Below, one piece after another: positions 61,088 through 64,000 of a DNA stretch of 64,000 bases; within the stretch, counting starts at the first letter, position 1; every line of letters begins with the position of its first letter. The notes beneath the pieces are model-generated. The model was given only the letters and a program-made list of their open reading frames with translations, made no database searches and had not been told where the DNA came from. Origin of the DNA: the human T2T-CHM13v2.0 reference genome, Homo sapiens. A program made the translations under genes and the position numbers. The stretch lies in contig CP068257.2 of assembly GCA_009914755.4 (NCBI GenBank), forward strand, positions 14,912,001 through 14,976,000. Reading direction: 5' to 3'.

Positions 61088-61453
61088 TTTTGTGTTGGTA
61101 TAACAGAATACCACACACTAGATAGTTTATAATGAACAGAAATTGATTTATCACAGTTCTGGAGGCTGGGGAGTCCAAGACCAAGCAACCAGCATCTGGG
61201 CCTTCTCAATGTGTCATCCCGTGGCAGAAGGTGGAAGGGCAAGAGAGGGAGAGAGAGTAAAAGAGGGACAAGAGGGTCAATCTACGCCTTTTATAACAAA
61301 CTCACTCCCATGATAACAGCATTAATCCATTCACTTTGCCCTCATGGACTAATCGCCTCTCATTAGGCCCTACCACTCAGCACTCTGGAATTGGATATTT
61401 AACTTTTAAATGCATGCTTTTTGGGGGACGTATTCAAAACACTGCAATACACA
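61088..61453 (-). mobile_element. Solo-LTR-like ancient repeat (MaLR/THE1-related family), minus orientation; exact family not assigned
   Basis: ttggtataacagaataccacacactagatagtttataatgaacagaaattgatttatcacagttctggaggctggggagtccaagaccaag ... ccattcactttgccctcatggactaatcgcctctcattaggccctacc ... catgctttttgggggacgtattcaaaacactgcaatac. This is the reverse complement of the abundant LTR motif tgctatggactgaatgtttgtgtccccc...catgagggtggagccctcatgaatgggattagtgcc...cttggacttcccagcctccagaactgtgagaaataaatttctgttgtttataagccacccagtctatggtattttgttatagcagcc. ORF 60832-61242 (-) partly lies within it. Confidence 0.45.
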
Positions 61454-63149
61454 TGAAGAACTATCAAACAGGGAAGCTCAACTGAGCTTCTGTACTCAAA
61501 GATTTTGTTGGAGTTTCAATACATAGGCATGAGTGATTGATTAACAATATAGCAAGTTGTCCAAAGAGCCCATGATGAATAACAAAGACATTCTTATCAC
61601 CTGGTGAATTTCAAGGGTTTACAGATTACCTCCAAAGAACCAGATACAAAGACTGGGCCTCTCTTTGAGTGAGGCCAAATTTCTTTCTATGCTGTATCAT
61701 TTGCTATTTTCTTGGCCCCAAATACTCCAATTTCTTCAACTTACATGAGATACAGTTTCTGAAGTTCAACATGTCTTGGATGTGTTTCTCTAGATAATCT
61801 CTAACATTTCAATTTCCTCTTTTGACATACATACTTCCTATTGCTTGTCTTCAGAAGCTATCTCTAATTTAAAGTATTGGAACCCCACTAGGAAGTGTAA
61901 AATAATACTTTAGGGTCAGCCAACTTGGAGAATCCTGACATTTAACAGCTGTTAAAACTTGGAAACATTAGATGTTCCTTCTGAACTTCCAGTTCTTCAT
62001 AGATAACAGTGTTACGAATAATACCCACTTCATATTTTATGGAGGCTAAATGAGATCACGTGTAAAATTTTTCATGCATCATAGGAGCTTGATAGATATT
62101 AGTTATTTTTTGGGACAAATACTGGACAGTGAATTTGTGTGTGAAAAGTATTTTAAGCACTGCTTGCTTATCAAGTCTTCTAGACTAGATGTATGCATAC
62201 ATTATTAAAAACATAATTCAATTCAGTTCATTAAATATTTATCTAAGTTCAACTGAGAAGTGCACAGCATTATGCTAGTGACTGAGAGAGAAGAAGACAG
62301 TTTCTGCCTTTCTGGAGTGATGACATTTTCATAAATATCTCTGATGTAAGTAGATTGGAGTAGGTGTTAAATTCAGATACAAAACTAGTACAACAATGGA
62401 AGTCCAAGACAGAAAAAAATATCTGATTGGGGTCATTGGAAGAATGCATCTCCAAGAAGGTACTATGTCCCTGAAGGCCCAGTAGTGAGTAACTTTGAGA
62501 ATTTCTGAGTGAATTTACTTGGTAAAAAAGTAGATTTAGCAACAAGATATAAATAAATTAATCATGAATATAGAAATAAACTTTAAACAAAATTATAACA
62601 GAAATAAGAGCTCTCTAAAATAATTAGCAATGTTAAAAAAACAAACATAACTTTTAGCCATGAGTTTAATCTTTGCATGAAAAATATTTTATTGATTTTT
62701 ACTGGAATGCAAAGAGATTTCTTCTGTGCTTCATGCTTTAAACATCCAGGAAACTTTACCCAAGTCTGAAATTGATTACGTCAGTTTTTTATTTCAAGGA
62801 AAATATGTGTAGATTTTATTTGAGGTAGTTTTGTTTTGAAAACTATGAAGGAATTAAACATAAATCATTTATTCCTCAAACAATTTATTCAACAAATATT
62901 CATTGCATGTATGCTGTGTGCCAGGAACTCTTCCAGACTCTGGGAAATATGTCTCCAAGAAAGCAGACAATACCCCTGCCCTCTGTGGAAGACTGACAAA
63001 TATACAAGTGCATATGTATATATAGACTGTCAGATGATGTAAGTATGATGAAGAAAATGAAAGCCATGTAATGGGTGATGGAGCGGGGCATAGAAAGGTG
63101 CCATTTGCTATTTTATAGAAGTAGATCAGGGAAGACCATGTCATGGTAG

Positions 63150-63646
<497 letters not shown>

Positions 63647-64000
63647 CACCCTCCCTACCTTTAGCGTCTGCCTCACCTCTTGTCTCTGTGTTCCTCTATA
63701 CCTGTGCTGTCTTGTATGGTCACCACTAGCCACATGTGTCTACTGAGAACTTGGAATGGGGCTAGCCCAAATGGACAATATGAGAAAAATGTAAAATATC
63801 TCAATACTTTTCGTATTGTTTCATACGTTGAAATACAAATAGTTTGAATATATTTGATTAAGAAAAATGAATTCCATATTTCTTTTCTTGTAATTAACAT
63901 TTTTGTTTTGAGATAATTCTAGATTTCCATGCAGTTGTAAGACATAACACAGAGAAATCCTGTGTACCCTTTATCCAGTTTTCCCAATAGCAATATCCTG

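Noticed and set aside
60832-61242. 136-aa minus-strand ORF
   Set aside because: It overlaps the solo-LTR-like repeat (61088-61453) and upstream AT-rich sequence. No domain-like composition is seen, and the length is typical of chance in LTR sequence.

Overview
This 64-kb window is not prokaryotic. It is AT-rich primate (human-type) nuclear DNA, identified by about 21 Alu SINE copies in both orientations, with A/T tails and many intact target-site duplications (TSDs). It also carries LINE-1 fragments, MIR and L2-like ancient repeats, one solo-LTR-like element, several microsatellites and a 16-copy 24-bp AT-rich minisatellite. One L1 3' end keeps an intact 200-codon ORF2 C-terminal reading frame. 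I cannot support any rRNA or tRNA gene, CRISPR array, operon or genuine long ORF. Every ORF over 100 aa in the supplied track is a translation of an Alu, an L1 or a tandem repeat, so no bacterial-type novel system is present. The best gene-related candidate is a small CpG-retaining promoter-like patch at about 31.95-32.22 kb that ends in a strong splice donor, followed about 600 bp downstream by a strong splice acceptor; this suggests an unannotated non-coding transcript. A few other CpG-retaining elements in AT-rich context may be conserved. The most interesting structures are: a twin-primed (5'-inverted) young L1PA insertion beside an old L1; a rearranged Alu cluster carrying three copies of its flank; two head-to-tail Alus each with intact TSDs; a quasi-palindromic compound (TG)n(TC)n...(CA)n microsatellite; and the near-palindromic AT-rich minisatellite. 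Coordinates were counted by hand from the 10-nt blocks and may be off by 1-3 bp.
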